A DNA stretch of 64,000 nt from Proteobacteria bacterium UBA4457. GTDB taxonomy: Bacteria; Pseudomonadota; Gammaproteobacteria; Ga0077536. Of this stretch, positions 35,754 to 46,996 are shown in pieces. The notes under the pieces were generated by a model. It saw nothing but the letters and a program-made list of their open reading frames with translations, had not been told where the DNA came from and searched no databases. A program made the position numbers and the translations under genes. Location of the stretch: NCBI GenBank assembly GCA_002390205.1, contig DGOV01000094.1:2251-66250 (forward strand), written 5' to 3'. Within the stretch, counting starts at the first letter, position 1. Every line of letters starts with the position of its first letter.

Positions 35754-36968
35754 CTAAAACACATTCTGAGAATCTAGCCCCAATGCTATTCTACCTAACT
35801 GTTCATTTATCCGATCAGCGTGACCGTTTATATGAAGGGGAAATGCCTGAAAATCTCGGTAGCGACGTTCAAAATCTGTCCCTTCTCGCAGTCCATTACC
35901 TCCTAAAACGCGAAGAATTAATTTCATAGCTTCTTCGCAAAGAACAATTGCTTGCATGCCCGAAGAAGTCTGACGAAAGTAGTCACCTTCCATGGGTAAA
36001 ATATTTTCTTCTATACGAGCATCTGTTTCCGCCATAGCAGCGTAAACCGTATCTGTTGCGGCATTTAACAACGCGCGTGCACGCCCTAGGTTGCTATGTA
36101 TAGTCGGCTTGTCGACCATTTTAGTCCCGAAGATCGCAATTCTTTCTTTAATATTGGCAGAAACCTCGTTAAGCGAAACTTCTACTAGCCCGGTGGCCAT
36201 TGCACCGAGCCAGACCACTGACAAACCCACCCAATCTTCACGGTACCTATTATGAATAACGCTATACTTTGGATCTCTAAGATTCTCGCGGTGCCTAAGC
36301 GGCCACGGCACGACCCGATCTTCAGGAACTGATGCGTCTTTATAGTGAATATGGTCAGTCGCAGATGCGCGTACACTCATCGCCTCCCACGTTTGCTCTA
36401 TCCGTACAGAAGGTTCGCGCAAGTCGACCATAGAAAAAAATGGGGTTTGGTTATCTGACCAGCCTTCATTAAAAACGACACCGGCCCATTCAGAATAGCG
36501 AGAGCCAGAGCCAAAAGCAGCAACTCCAGTCAAATTGATCGCATTATCAGTTTTATCGCCAGCTATTTCCGACGAGGCTCCCGCAGGAAAACAAACCCAA
36601 TGTTTATCTGACACAATCTGTGCAAGAAATTCTTTATTTTCCGGGCCAAGTAAGCCTGCGAAATGGTGAAAAGTACATAAATGATTCCACATGCACCAGG
36701 CTGTAGACGTACATCTCGGTGCTATAGCTCGTAACTCATTTGCAATACTAATGATTGATGCATTCAATCCGCCAATCTCCGGGCTAGCAGATATACGCAT
36801 AATATTGTTTTTCTTTAATTCTCTAATTAGGTCAGCGTCGACAGATCGGGTCTGATCTGCTTTTGCAGCTTGAGAAGATATCTGGTCCAACAAAGGAGTC
36901 ACAAATATCGACTCTTTATATGTCTGTCCTACATCTGTAAATAACCCACTATCATCTAACATTTGCAA
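35754..36968 (-). CDS. Acyl-CoA dehydrogenase-fold flavoprotein (type-2 ACAD / flavin-dependent monooxygenase-like)
   Basis: The 404 aa protein has an ACAD-like three-domain pattern and a C-terminal helical domain (RYRDFQAFPLH..). Its exact function is unknown. Confidence 0.65.
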   Translation of the reverse strand: MQMLDDSGLFTDVGQTYKESIFVTPLLDQISSQAAKADQTRSVDADLIRELKKNNIMRISASPEIGGLNASIISIANELRAIAPRCTSTAWCMWNHLCTFHHFAGLLGPENKEFLAQIVSDKHWVCFPAGASSEIAGDKTDNAINLTGVAAFGSGSRYSEWAGVVFNEGWSDNQTPFFSMVDLREPSVRIEQTWEAMSVRASATDHIHYKDASVPEDRVVPWPLRHRENLRDPKYSVIHNRYREDWVGLSVVWLGAMATGLVEVSLNEVSANIKERIAIFGTKMVDKPTIHSNLGRARALLNAATDTVYAAMAETDARIEENILPMEGDYFRQTSSGMQAIVLCEEAMKLILRVLGGNGLREGTDFERRYRDFQAFPLHINGHADRINEQLGRIALGLDSQNVF

Positions 36969-37163
36969 TACTCCCCAAGTAAATTGCTCGTTCCACTAAT
37001 CTTTTCTGGCAAGAGAAAACTGTTGTGTTCCTGAACACTAAGCTAGCATGGTTTGACCCAGTGCTAAATGAAAATTTGCTAGAATAGAAAAATACTAGAG
37101 CGGTGTTCTCCCACTGACGATGCGCAAGCACATGTTAGTCTTCTACCCGGCACCCGTCACGTT

Positions 37164-37430
37164 ATGACAAATCATGTAATAGTATTTGAGAATGAAACAT
37201 CTGCGCGACATAAGTGTGTACTGAGTGGAACGCTAAGTAGACCTGAGTCAGTCTATGTATTTGCTTCCGGTTGGTACGAGAGCAGTGTCGTGTTGGTAAA
37301 TGAAGATTGGAAAATCAGTCATAGAAAGGTTTACTTGGATAATGAGGAAGCCATCGGAGTAGAGCCGTTAGCGTCGCACATGCAGCGGATGATTGGCTGG
37401 ATAATGGAGAACGGCAAAGCCGCGCTATGA
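37164..37430 (+). pseudogene. Possible 5'-truncated SnoaL/NTF2-like gene fragment
   Basis: The 88 aa ORF resembles only the C-terminal half of SnoaL_4/NTF2-like domains (TNHVI...A.......G.Y...V....DWKISHRKV). No N-terminal half or SD is present. Confidence 0.3.
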
Positions 37431-37474
37431 AAACGGTAACACTCATAGAAGAGTGATTTAGGGAAAAGAGGGCT

Positions 37475-37891
37475 TTAAAAATAGTCCCTTTTATATATAC
37501 TATCGCGAGTCTCCTTTACCTTTTGTCTGATTTCTAATCGGATAAGGACCAATAAAATTACCGCCCAAATTAGATGATGCAACTCATCTAATTTAATATC
37601 CATCTTAACCGCGTATATGCAACTTGAGATCATCCAGAAGATACCATACCAATATATAACTATTAGCGATGGCCAGGGTCTGAGTTGGCACAAATACCTA
37701 AATATAACTAAGAGAAAGAAGCACCCGACCGCAAAGCGGACTGAGTAGAGTCTAAACATTTCTTCTTGCCCACTTATCTCAGCGGAAAACGGAAAAAATA
37801 GCTCTATTCCAAATAAGTTGACCACTACCGCTACAGCAACCCATAAAAATAAAAGTATTAAGCTGAATGTTCTGATACTTTGCACCGACAA
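37475..37891 (-). CDS. Hypothetical integral membrane protein (4 predicted TM helices)
   Basis: The 138 aa ORF has regularly spaced hydrophobic segments. I recognise no family. Confidence 0.5.
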   Translation of the reverse strand: MSVQSIRTFSLILLFLWVAVAVVVNLFGIELFFPFSAEISGQEEMFRLYSVRFAVGCFFLLVIFRYLCQLRPWPSLIVIYWYGIFWMISSCIYAVKMDIKLDELHHLIWAVILLVLIRLEIRQKVKETRDSIYKRDYF

Positions 37892-37961
37892 ACTCCTTGG
37901 ATACTCCCCGCTTTGAATATATCGGCCTTGTCCGGCTAGAAGTGCATCAAAATAGTTGCGC

Positions 37962-37981
37962 CAGAGAAATGCTCGAGCATT
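37962..37981 (-). terminator. Possible tRNA terminator hairpin
   Basis: The 14-nt palindrome AATGCTCGAGCATT lies 19 nt downstream of the tRNA 3' end and is followed by TTCTCT on the minus strand. Confidence 0.35.
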
Positions 37982-37999
37982 AGTGCTTTAGAATAAAGA

Positions 38000-38076
<77 letters not shown>

Positions 38077-38427
38077 AAAGTATTTAACTATATTAAATAA
38101 TTTATTAAAGTTGTTCTAATATAACCACTAATACTGTGATTTTCTCGAATCAAGTATACATATGGCATGTAAATACTTAACTTAGACACATTATAGACAC
38201 TGCCTATCAGGTAGTAAACAAATCTAGATATCGAAGGGGCGGAAGACTACTTCCACTAACGTATTTATGAATTTCTTACTCCCGTTATTTGAAAAAAAAT
38301 AATTTGAGGTTAAATATGAAAGATCGAACGCGTATAGCCACCTACGGTCCGAATGACGAAGGATTGGTTGATCGGTTTGATGGTGACTGTAGTTAAGTGA
38401 GAATTCTATATAGATACCGATATTTGG

Positions 38428-39060
38428 TTATTGCTGAACTTCAATCATAACCTCGTTACGACGCATTAGAGGTAGAGTCCATGGTGGATTGTAGAAAGCA
38501 TACTTGGATGTACCTGTTACTGATATATTCTTGGCTCTGATGAACTTTTCCAGCTTCTTTTCATGGATTTTTAAATTCTCATTCGAGTTAGTACCAGAAA
38601 ATGTAATAGTGACGAATTTTTTTGATGGTATTCTTTTTATATTGATTCGATTGTTTGTAGGTTTAGGAAGCGTATCTAAACTATATTCCGAAGGCATGAC
38701 GAAGCTCACTAGCCAAGAATCCTTCTCGGATTGCAGTTGTGTCGGGGAGGTCATTGCAATTTTCCTGCTTGCCTGTTGCTGGACTGGAGCGGTCATTGCA
38801 ATAGTTTGCTGGACGATATTGTTGCCAAAGATATAATCTGCTAGTACGCGGAACCCCTCACTGATAGCCTTTTCGCGGTGCCCACTTATTTTTACTTCCG
38901 CGATGACCATAGGCTTAAACTGTCTGATCTCAATCTTATCCTGAGATTGCATCACTTCATAGCCAGGTGTTTCTACATTACTCATTATTGGTCCTACAGA
39001 GATTGCGCCAATAAGAATTATTACAATAATCAGGATACTTATTTTCCATTTAGTTCTCAT
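38428..39060 (-). CDS. SOUL heme-binding family protein with N-terminal membrane anchor/signal
   Basis: It has ETPGYEV....IEIRQF.P...AEV and FRVLADYIFGNN....IAMTAPV, typical of SOUL/HBP. Confidence 0.8.
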   Translation of the reverse strand: MRTKWKISILIIVIILIGAISVGPIMSNVETPGYEVMQSQDKIEIRQFKPMVIAEVKISGHREKAISEGFRVLADYIFGNNIVQQTIAMTAPVQQQASRKIAMTSPTQLQSEKDSWLVSFVMPSEYSLDTLPKPTNNRINIKRIPSKKFVTITFSGTNSNENLKIHEKKLEKFIRAKNISVTGTSKYAFYNPPWTLPLMRRNEVMIEVQQ

Positions 39061-39209
39061 GTAGCATGCACCCTAATTAGCGCTATTCAATTTTTACATT
39101 ATTTATGTCGACATATTTGACGTGAAAGAACTACAGGTATTCTAGTGTTCCATTTTTCAACTAAAATGCCGGTTATTTTTACTGTTACTGAGACTCATAA
39201 ATGAAAAGA

Positions 39210-39593
39210 TCATAGGTTTTTTCTAGCCAAAATTCCTGCTAACAACAGTAGTAGCCACGCTAACATGATCGTGACACCGCCGACTGGTGTCACATTAAGA
39301 AGGTTGGGAATATCGAAGGTTACAGCGAGATAGATACTGAAACTAAATAACATGGTACCAATGATGAACAATATGGCACTCCATCTCAATGCTGGGATAT
39401 CTATTGGTGTTCTTTCCCATACTAATGTCAGTCCGATAACAGTAATTACCACTGAATGTACTTGGTTGTAGCGCACAGCCGTCATGAGGAAGCGAAAATT
39501 CTCTTCTGTTACTACTCCACGCAATCCGTGTTCAGCATACGCGCCAAATGCAACCGAAATAAGCCCCAAAAAAGCACCCAAAATTAATATCAT
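39210..39593 (-). CDS. DUF423 domain-containing membrane protein (YgdD family)
   Basis: The 127 aa protein has 4 TM helices and GAFLGLISVAFGAYAEHGL at the N-terminus. Confidence 0.8.
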   Translation of the reverse strand: MILILGAFLGLISVAFGAYAEHGLRGVVTEENFRFLMTAVRYNQVHSVVITVIGLTLVWERTPIDIPALRWSAILFIIGTMLFSFSIYLAVTFDIPNLLNVTPVGGVTIMLAWLLLLLAGILARKNL

Positions 39594-39857
39594 AATTTAC
39601 CTCGTTAAGTTTCCAGTTCACGGCATGCTAATTTTACGTCTTTTTTTAGGCTTAGGGCTGCCTTTACAATGCGTTTCCAGAAGTTGTTTATATAGGTGAC
39701 CGATTACTTTATTCTACCGGTGCTTAGAGTTAGGTAGCTTTTCGTCCTATATAGTTTTTGGCTGCGCGAGAGATGGGAACATGTCTAGACGCTGGTGAGC
39801 GCCCAATGGCGACAGAAAGATATTCTGCTGAGCCTGCGACTCATCTCGTTTGCAATA

Positions 39858-41699
39858 TCACTGGTCCAAAAACGTTCGAAGCTTTTCAGACCTTGACGGA
39901 TGTCTAAGTTTTCGTAATGCCTTTGCTTCTATTTGCCTTATCCTTTCTCTGGTTACGTCGAACTGTTTGCCAACTTCTTCGAGCGTGTGGTCCGTATTCA
40001 TATCAATACCAAAGCGCATCCTCAATACTTTCGCCTCTCTAGGAGTCAAACCTTCTAGCACGTCTCTCGTACTGCGACACAGTCCTTCGAAGGTTGCAGA
40101 CTCATCAGGAGCATCCATATTCTGATCTTCGATGAAATCTCCAAGGTGAGAGTCATCATCATCTCCGATAGGAGTCTCCATCGAAATTGGTTCTTTGGCT
40201 ATTTTCAAGACCTTTCGTACTTTGTCTTCCGGCATTTCCATACGTTCAGCAAGCTCTTCTGGTGTCGGTTCTCGTCCTTGTTCCTGAAGTATTTGTCGAG
40301 AAATACGGTTTAGCTTATTGATAGTCTCAATCATATGCACAGGAATTCTTATAGTTCTTGCCTGGTCAGCTATAGATCTCGTAATCGCTTGTCTAATCCA
40401 CCAAGTTGCATAGGTTGAGAATTTATACCCTCTGCGATATTCGAACTTGTCCACTGCTTTCATTAAGCCGATATTACCTTCTTGAATCAGATCTAAAAAT
40501 AGAAGACCTCGATTCGTATATTTTTTTGCTATCGAAATAACTAGCCGGAGATTCGCCTCGACCATTTCTTTCTTTGCTCGTCTTGCTTTTGCTTCACCGG
40601 TCGACATGAGACGATTCAGCGCTTCTATTTCTAATATTTCTAGCGCATTAACTTGTTCAATAACGGCAAGTTTTTCTTGTTCTATGGCAATAATATCGAG
40701 GTTTGCTTTGATTGTCGCTGCATACGGTTTGCGTTGTGCCGCTAGTTTAGTCACCCATGTCAGATCAGTATCATTTCCTTTAGAGAGGGCGAGAAAATCT
40801 TTTTTGGACATCTTTGCTTTCTTTACGCAGATGTTAAAAATGATTAGTTTTGATTTTCTTACGTCGCGAATTATCTTGCGGACTTCATCACCAAGTTTTT
40901 CAGTCAGTTTGGGATTTAATTTGAACTCAACAAATTTTTGTTGCATTTCTGCTCTAAGTGCAGCACTTGTTGCATGCACTCTGCCGTGTTTTTTAAAAGA
41001 AGTGTTTGCTTTTTTGATGAGTTTTTCAAGAGCTTTAATTCGGTCGTCGACATCTTGGAGATCCAATACATTTTTTACTTCATCATCATCATCATCATCG
41101 TCATCGTCTGTAGGTTTAGTTAGGGATTGGATTGGGGCATCGTAGTCCATGAACCCACTCATTATGTCATTGATTTTTAACTCTTCATTTTTGTACTTTC
41201 CATAGAAAAATAAAAATTTTTGCAGCACCTCTGGAAATTCAGCAATAGCATAAAGAGATTGCTTAAGCCCATTCTCAATTCTCTTAGCGATTTTTATTTC
41301 ACCTTCTCGCGTCAGAAGGTCTACCGTTCCCATCTCTCTCATATACATCCGCACGGGATCAGTTGTCCTGCCGAATTCGTTATCAACAGATGCCAATGCC
41401 GCTGCCGCCTCTTCTGCTGCATCGTCGTCAACACCTGTGCCATTAATGATAATGTCATCAGTGTCCGGGGCTGTTTCATGCACAGTAATCCCCATGTCAT
41501 TAATCATGTTGACAATATCTTCGATTTGCTCGGGATCTACTATATCGCTGGGAAGGTGATCGTTAACCTCGTGGTAGGTCAAATATCCTTGCTCTTTTCC
41601 CTTAGCGATCAATAATTTTAGTTGAGACTGCGGAGTGCTCTTGTCTTTTTCTTTTTCTTTTTCTTCTGCTTCCATAAGTGTTGTTCTAATGCCTTCCAA
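39858..41699 (-). CDS. rpoD: RNA polymerase sigma factor RpoD (sigma-70)
   Basis: Regions 1.1-4.2 are all recognisable (e.g. [69 protein letters not shown]). It has an acidic poly-Asp insert. Confidence 0.97.
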   Translation of the reverse strand: MEGIRTTLMEAEEKEKEKDKSTPQSQLKLLIAKGKEQGYLTYHEVNDHLPSDIVDPEQIEDIVNMINDMGITVHETAPDTDDIIINGTGVDDDAAEEAAAALASVDNEFGRTTDPVRMYMREMGTVDLLTREGEIKIAKRIENGLKQSLYAIAEFPEVLQKFLFFYGKYKNEELKINDIMSGFMDYDAPIQSLTKPTDDDDDDDDDEVKNVLDLQDVDDRIKALEKLIKKANTSFKKHGRVHATSAALRAEMQQKFVEFKLNPKLTEKLGDEVRKIIRDVRKSKLIIFNICVKKAKMSKKDFLALSKGNDTDLTWVTKLAAQRKPYAATIKANLDIIAIEQEKLAVIEQVNALEILEIEALNRLMSTGEAKARRAKKEMVEANLRLVISIAKKYTNRGLLFLDLIQEGNIGLMKAVDKFEYRRGYKFSTYATWWIRQAITRSIADQARTIRIPVHMIETINKLNRISRQILQEQGREPTPEELAERMEMPEDKVRKVLKIAKEPISMETPIGDDDDSHLGDFIEDQNMDAPDESATFEGLCRSTRDVLEGLTPREAKVLRMRFGIDMNTDHTLEEVGKQFDVTRERIRQIEAKALRKLRHPSRSEKLRTFLDQ

Positions 41700-41862
41700 A
41701 GCCAGTATGCCGAGGTTTCTAATTGGGTCGAAGTTAAAAAATTTCCAGACCTTACATTATACGATCTAAAATATTGCCCCGTATAGAAAAATATACCGAT
41801 ATGACTCATATTGTTCTTGCTAGCAGCTCTATTTTGAATACGCTTTGTTGATACTGCTAAGG

Positions 41863-43599
41863 CTACTTTCGTTTATAACCTCTCATCGTTTCTTTCTGAG
41901 CTTCTGATAGTTCTGAAAAAGGAGTTTCTTTTATAGCTTCAAATTTTATTTCTTGGGCTTTTATCCGCAATTTTTCCAATATGCCTTCCAGTTCTTTTTC
42001 GCTGGCTGATTCATCTAAGTTAGACTCTACAGATATAGCCTTCAGGAGAACTTTCTCAATGGCATCTCCTCGGAAACGCTCTAGAACCCTAGCTGCAGTT
42101 GGACTTTCGGTGTACATGGCTTCCCAAACTGTAATCAAGTCGCTGAGATTTTTTAAATTTTCACCGAGGAATAGAACGGTTTCTTGATCTATTTTCTGTG
42201 CGAGTTTTGGAAAGCTCATCAAGATAGTTATCGCATGTTCCTGTAGTGAGCGGCTTGCGAATTTTCCTAATCCTCGGCTCTCTTGTGGATATTTTTTTCT
42301 TGTCGTTATAGTGAGCCCTAGCTCTTGTCTGACTATATTTTCGTCAAATTTTGTCTCATATGAGAGTCGTTGAGCACATGCAGTACGGTGAGTTGTATCA
42401 GGGATTTTCGTTACATATGGTTTAATCTTTGATATTAGCCTGGTTTTCCCTTCAGCAGAGCTTGTGTCGACGTCTTTCTTGAGCATTTCAATCAGATATT
42501 CTGATAAGCTCTTCATCTGGCACGATTTGAAAAAATTTGCAGAGCCAAACTCTCTGACAGCGCTATCCGGATCGTATCCGTCAGGAAGAAATGCAAAGCG
42601 AATCTCTCGATTACCAGTCAATTTAGATAATGACAATTCTAGGCTTTTCCAGGCCGCTTTGCGTCCGGCATTATCGCCGTCGAAGCAAAATACAATTTGT
42701 GGTGCATGACGAAATAACTTGTCAAGATGATCAGGCGTCACAGCGGTCCCTAAGGTCGCGACAGTGTTTGTCATCCCTGCCTGATGCAGGGCTATGACAT
42801 CCATGTAACCCTCTACGACAATAAGGCTATCTGTTCCCACATCCGAAGCTAGGGCTTGTTTCAAACCGTATAGCTCTTTCCCTTTGTGGAAAACGGTGGT
42901 TTCAGGCGAATTAAGGTATTTGGGTTCACCATTACCTAAGAGCCTGCCCCCAAACCCTAGGATGCGACCTCTTTTGTCGTGGATAGGAAACATTATTCTG
43001 TCACGAAAACGGTCGTAGTGGCCACCATTATCTTTTTTTATAATAAGCCCAGATTTTTCCAGCAAGGTTTCACTGCCTTGCTTTTTTTTGAATTTGTCTA
43101 GCAGATGACTCCATCCGTCGGGAGCGAAGCCGATGCCGAAAGTTTTCGCTATTTCTCCGGAAACACCTCTGTTTTTTAAATAATCAACGGCTCTTGTTTT
43201 ATTATTGGATTCACGAAGGCATGAGTGGAAATGAGTTTGCGCTTGCTCTAATGTGACCAATAATTCTTTACTGTTTTCAGAGCTCTTGGCAAAAGACTTT
43301 TCTCTGGGTACTTCTAGCCCTACGTACTCAGCAAGCTCATCAATTGCTTCGAGAAAATCTATATTTTTGTAGGACATTAGGAAGCCAACCGCCGTCCCAT
43401 GAGCACCACAACCAAAACAATGATAGAACTGCTTCTCTCTACTGATTGTAAAGCTTGGAGTTTTTTCATTATGAAAAGGACAAAGACCTTGGAAGCCTTT
43501 TCCAGCTTTACGTAAGGGTACGTGGGATTCGATTAAATCAACAATATCGATTCTATTCACTAAGTCATCAATAAATTGTTCTGGGATACGTCCTGCCAT
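41863..43599 (-). CDS. dnaG: DNA primase
   Basis: It has a zinc ribbon (CPFHNEKTPSFTIS..FYHCFGCGAHG), the TOPRIM EGYMDV motif, and a DnaB-binding C-terminus. Confidence 0.95.
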   Translation of the reverse strand: MAGRIPEQFIDDLVNRIDIVDLIESHVPLRKAGKGFQGLCPFHNEKTPSFTISREKQFYHCFGCGAHGTAVGFLMSYKNIDFLEAIDELAEYVGLEVPREKSFAKSSENSKELLVTLEQAQTHFHSCLRESNNKTRAVDYLKNRGVSGEIAKTFGIGFAPDGWSHLLDKFKKKQGSETLLEKSGLIIKKDNGGHYDRFRDRIMFPIHDKRGRILGFGGRLLGNGEPKYLNSPETTVFHKGKELYGLKQALASDVGTDSLIVVEGYMDVIALHQAGMTNTVATLGTAVTPDHLDKLFRHAPQIVFCFDGDNAGRKAAWKSLELSLSKLTGNREIRFAFLPDGYDPDSAVREFGSANFFKSCQMKSLSEYLIEMLKKDVDTSSAEGKTRLISKIKPYVTKIPDTTHRTACAQRLSYETKFDENIVRQELGLTITTRKKYPQESRGLGKFASRSLQEHAITILMSFPKLAQKIDQETVLFLGENLKNLSDLITVWEAMYTESPTAARVLERFRGDAIEKVLLKAISVESNLDESASEKELEGILEKLRIKAQEIKFEAIKETPFSELSEAQKETMRGYKRK

Positions 43600-43645
43600 T
43601 CCCCATTGTAGACAGCATAAGCTCCAGCTGGAAGCGAGAATTATA

Positions 43646-44092
43646 TCAGGAGCTTAGTTTTTTCTTTACTAGTCCGCTGATTGCCGACATATCTGCGCGT
43701 GCGGCTAGGCTGCGAAGACGAACCATCACTTTACCCATGTCACTCATTGCGGTAGCATTTGCTTCAGCAATGGCTGCTTCGACTTCCTTTATCATTTCAT
43801 CTTCGGAAAGTTGTGTGGGCAAGTACTTTTGTATGATTTCCAGCTCTAACTTTTCTTGCTTAGCTAAATCGTCTCTGTTTCCTGCTTCGAATTGCGTGAT
43901 TGATTCACGTCTTTGCTTACTCATGCGCGTTAGAATGATAACAGCCGTTTCGTCGTCTACATCATCTCGCTTGTCGACTTCATGCTGTTTGAAGGCGGCT
44001 GATATGAGTCTCAATACACCCAAGATCTCTTTTTCACCACTTTTCATCGCCGATTTTACGTCGGCTAGTACTTGGCTTTTTAAGTCAGGCAT
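43646..44092 (-). CDS. yqeY: GatB/YqeY domain-containing protein
   Basis: It reads MPDLKSQVLADVKSAMKSGEKE...RRESITQFEAGNRDDLAKQE. I prefer the ATG at 44092, because the listed start at 44164 would overlap rpsU. Confidence 0.85.
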   Translation of the reverse strand: MPDLKSQVLADVKSAMKSGEKEILGVLRLISAAFKQHEVDKRDDVDDETAVIILTRMSKQRRESITQFEAGNRDDLAKQEKLELEIIQKYLPTQLSEDEMIKEVEAAIAEANATAMSDMGKVMVRLRSLAARADMSAISGLVKKKLSS

Positions 44093-44112
44093 GATTCTCA
44101 GAAAAGAATTGG

Positions 44113-44328
44113 TTAGTAAAGGCGTTTGCGATGAATAATCATTCGAGAGGCTTTTTTCTGCCATCTTTTTACGGCAGCTGCAGCTTTTCTTTTTCTTACT
44201 TGAGTGGGTTTTTCATAAAACTCACGTCTGTGAACTTCTGCGAGCGTTCCTTCTTTTTCACACGCACGTTTGAACCTACGCATAGCAATATCAAACGGTT
44301 CGTTTTCTCGGACACGGATATTTGGCAT
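44113..44328 (-). CDS. rpsU: 30S ribosomal protein S21
   Basis: It reads [48 protein letters not shown] and is 71 aa. Confidence 0.95.
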   Translation of the reverse strand: MPNIRVRENEPFDIAMRRFKRACEKEGTLAEVHRREFYEKPTQVRKRKAAAAVKRWQKKASRMIIHRKRLY

Positions 44329-44433
44329 ACTTATCTTATTTCCTAACAGTGATTGTTTTTTAATGTCGGTCGCGAAATATATCGGTAATTGGCGTTGAAG
44401 TACAGAATTTATGTAAATTTGGGTGGTTAATTA

Positions 44434-45450
44434 ATGAAAATACTTGGTTTGGAGACTTCTTGTGATGAAACTGGCGTAGCTATATACGACAGTCAATATG
44501 GATTATTGTCGGATGTAGTCTTTAGTCAGGTCAAAATGCATGCTAAGTACGGAGGTGTTGTTCCTGAACTGGCTTCTCGAGATCATATACGGAAAATAGG
44601 ACTATTGGTAAACCAGGCGACTGAAGAAGCAGGGATTAGATTACAAGACCTAGATGGAGTCGCGTATACAGCAGGACCGGGACTTGCCGGATCTTTATTA
44701 GTAGGCGCAGGCTTTTCGAAGTCATTAGCTTGGGGCTTGGATGTGCCCGCTTTAGGGATACATCACATGGAGGGACACTTACTAGCCCCTATGATTGATG
44801 AAGTAGTTCCGATCGATATGCCTTTTTTAGCACTGCTGGTGTCTGGAGGACATACATTGTTAGTTGATGCTTGTAGATTAGGTTCTTATGAGGTCTTAGG
44901 GGAGTCGCTTGATGATGCTGTGGGAGAGGCTTTTGACAAAGTCGCAAAAATGCTTGATTTGGGTTATCCAGGGGGGCCGTTAGTAGAACAGTTGGCTAAG
45001 TCTGGCGACCCGGATAGGTTTGACTTTCCTCGTCCTATGGTTAACCGGCCAGGCCTTGACTTTAGCTTCAGCGGGTTGAAGACACATGTGCGTAACACTA
45101 TTGCACAACACACTGTAGATGCTGCCTTAAAAGCAGATGTTTGTAGAGGATTCACAGATGCGGTTGTTGACGTACTTGTCGTGAAATGTCGAAGAGCGAT
45201 ACGTCAAAGTGGTGCAAAGAAATTGGTTGTGGCAGGCGGGGTGAGTGCTAATAAAGACATACGAAATAGCCTCGAGATATTGGGCAAAGAAGAAGATGTA
45301 AGGATAGTTTTCCCTTCTATGAAATTCACCACTGACAATGGAGCAATGATTGCTTATGTGGGGCACAGGCGGATGGGTCTTGGAGAGAGAGATGAGACCG
45401 AGCTAGCAGTTAGAGCACGTTGGCCTCTAAACGAGTTGAGCCCGCCATAA
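44434..45450 (+). CDS. tsaD: tRNA N6-adenosine threonylcarbamoyltransferase
   Basis: It reads MKILGLETSCDETGVAIY..., has the HHMEGH metal motif, and is divergent from rpsU as in E. coli. Confidence 0.95.
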   Translation: MKILGLETSCDETGVAIYDSQYGLLSDVVFSQVKMHAKYGGVVPELASRDHIRKIGLLVNQATEEAGIRLQDLDGVAYTAGPGLAGSLLVGAGFSKSLAWGLDVPALGIHHMEGHLLAPMIDEVVPIDMPFLALLVSGGHTLLVDACRLGSYEVLGESLDDAVGEAFDKVAKMLDLGYPGGPLVEQLAKSGDPDRFDFPRPMVNRPGLDFSFSGLKTHVRNTIAQHTVDAALKADVCRGFTDAVVDVLVVKCRRAIRQSGAKKLVVAGGVSANKDIRNSLEILGKEEDVRIVFPSMKFTTDNGAMIAYVGHRRMGLGERDETELAVRARWPLNELSPP

Positions 45451-45473
45451 ATTTTCGATTTGAGAGTTATCGG

Positions 45474-46067
45474 TTAGTACTTGCCTCCGATTTTTTTCTC
45501 AGTATGAGCGAGTAAACTTTCTATGTTGGCCTTATGCCGACCAAATATAAGCAATCCTGCTAGGGTAAGTAGACTTATAGAGACGGCGTCTTGACCTAGT
45601 TGCCATGCGAATAATGGTGTTAGTAGGACGGCCCCCAGTGCCGCAAGAGAAGAATATCTGAATAGGAAGGCAATACATAGCCAGCAAGCAATAAAAGAGC
45701 TCCCCAAAAGGGGGTCTAGCGCAAGGGTCATCCCGATCATGGGGGCAATCCCCTTGCCACCTTGAAACTGGTAGAAAATAGGGTACATGTGGCCAATCAG
45801 AGCGCACATACCAACTAGAGTTGCGATACTTGCGGAGACTCCCAGCGCTTGCGCGAGAATAATGGGCAAGGCGGCTTTACTAGCATCCCCGAATAGTGTG
45901 AAAAAAGCAGCTTTCCTACCTCCGTACCTTAGGACATTTGTAGCACCTGGATTTCCAGATCCAATTTCACGAGGATCAGAGATACCCATGAGCTTACTGA
46001 TTAAAATTGCGGAAGATATTGAGCCCATTAAATAAGCTAGGGCAGGAAGGCAGAGATTCAGAACCAT
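45474..46067 (-). CDS. plsY: Glycerol-3-phosphate acyltransferase PlsY
   Basis: It has GSGNPGATNVLR and FQGGKGIA motifs and is a 197 aa membrane protein. Confidence 0.9.
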   Translation of the reverse strand: MVLNLCLPALAYLMGSISSAILISKLMGISDPREIGSGNPGATNVLRYGGRKAAFFTLFGDASKAALPIILAQALGVSASIATLVGMCALIGHMYPIFYQFQGGKGIAPMIGMTLALDPLLGSSFIACWLCIAFLFRYSSLAALGAVLLTPLFAWQLGQDAVSISLLTLAGLLIFGRHKANIESLLAHTEKKIGGKY

Positions 46068-46156
46068 TTTTTCTTACAACCCATTTTTTAACAGCATTAA
46101 ATACTTAGTAATTCTGATAATATCATCATATGTTAGATATATTTTATAATTAAGTT

Positions 46157-46513
46157 ATGGATATAATTTTTATTAACGATCTGAGAGTCGACACAGTGAT
46201 CGGGGTTTGGGAGTGGGAGAGGCGAATACGACAAACTCTTGTAATGCAGGTTGAAATGGGTGTGGATATCTCTTTTGCAGGGGAAACTGATGATTTATCT
46301 AAGACGGTCGACTACAAAGCAGTCAATGATCGTGTAATGGACTTTACTCGTAAAAGTAAGTTCAAGCTTGTAGAGGCACTGGCAGACAACATTTCAGAAA
46401 TAATCCTTAAAGAGTTCGGAGTTCGCTGGCTAAAACTTACTATTAGCAAGCAGGGCGTTTTAGATGACGTCAAAGATGTTGGCATAATAATCGAGCGAGG
46501 GGTACGTTTTTGA
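46157..46513 (+). CDS. folB: Dihydroneopterin aldolase
   Basis: It has MDIIFINDLRVDTVIGVWEWER and the DDLSKTVDYKAV motif. It is 118 aa and divergent from plsY as in E. coli. Confidence 0.9.
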   Translation: MDIIFINDLRVDTVIGVWEWERRIRQTLVMQVEMGVDISFAGETDDLSKTVDYKAVNDRVMDFTRKSKFKLVEALADNISEIILKEFGVRWLKLTISKQGVLDDVKDVGIIIERGVRF

Positions 46514-46959
46514 CCAGCCCTTTACCACTGGCATATGTTTCTATTGGAAGCAACTATCTGCCATGTAAAAATATTGCTTCTGGGGTCTCTTTAATCGGTG
46601 AATATTTTTCCCAGGTAAAGACTTCCCAAACATATAAAAGTAATGATGTCTTAGGGTTAGGTGCGGATTACTGGAATTTAGTCATCCAGTTTCATTGTCC
46701 GGTTCCGACGAAAGAGTTGAAGGAGCAGCTACAGGATATCGAGCTGGCCTGTGGGCGCAATAAGGCCGATCAGCTGCGTGGACAGGTGCACCTGGACTTA
46801 GATATCCTTTTTATTCGAAAAGACAATACTTTGGATGGGCTAAACCAGATTTTTGCAGAACAATTTGAGCTTAGCGAGAACGAATATGTTCTTATTCCGC
46901 TCAAAGAACTCATTCCTGATTTAAATGCCGCTTGGGTAAGCGGTAGTGAACGCGTTTGA
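46510..46959 (+). CDS. folK: 2-amino-4-hydroxy-6-hydroxymethyldihydropteridine diphosphokinase (divergent)
   Basis: It has AYVSIGSN at the N-terminus, an LDLDIL motif, and a 4-nt overlap (TTGA) with folB. Confidence 0.7.
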   Translation: MTSPLPLAYVSIGSNYLPCKNIASGVSLIGEYFSQVKTSQTYKSNDVLGLGADYWNLVIQFHCPVPTKELKEQLQDIELACGRNKADQLRGQVHLDLDILFIRKDNTLDGLNQIFAEQFELSENEYVLIPLKELIPDLNAAWVSGSERV

Positions 46960-46996
46960 AGCAGAGTGGAACTTCTTGATGTACGGGAAATATTAA

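Noticed and set aside
38316-38396. 26-codon ORF (MKDRTRIATYGPNDEGLVDRFDGDCS) with GAGGT 5 nt upstream, in the tRNA-SOUL spacer
   Set aside because: The SD is reasonable. There is no terminator, no recognisable family and hydrophilic random-like composition. It sits in the tRNA promoter region on the opposite strand. The evidence is insufficient.
41088-41114. (GAT)n trinucleotide repeat
   Set aside because: It encodes the poly-Asp acidic stretch in the non-conserved region of sigma-70, which is common in RpoD. It is not an independent repeat element.
40606-41615. Plus-strand ORFs of 179, 61 and 131 aa inside rpoD
   Set aside because: These are antisense shadows of a highly conserved gene, with low-complexity Ser-rich products (the SSSSSSSS run mirrors the poly-Asp codons). 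The many other listed ORFs nested antisense in the RND, MATE, LLM, D-aminoacylase, AOR, dnaG and rho genes are rejected for the same reason.
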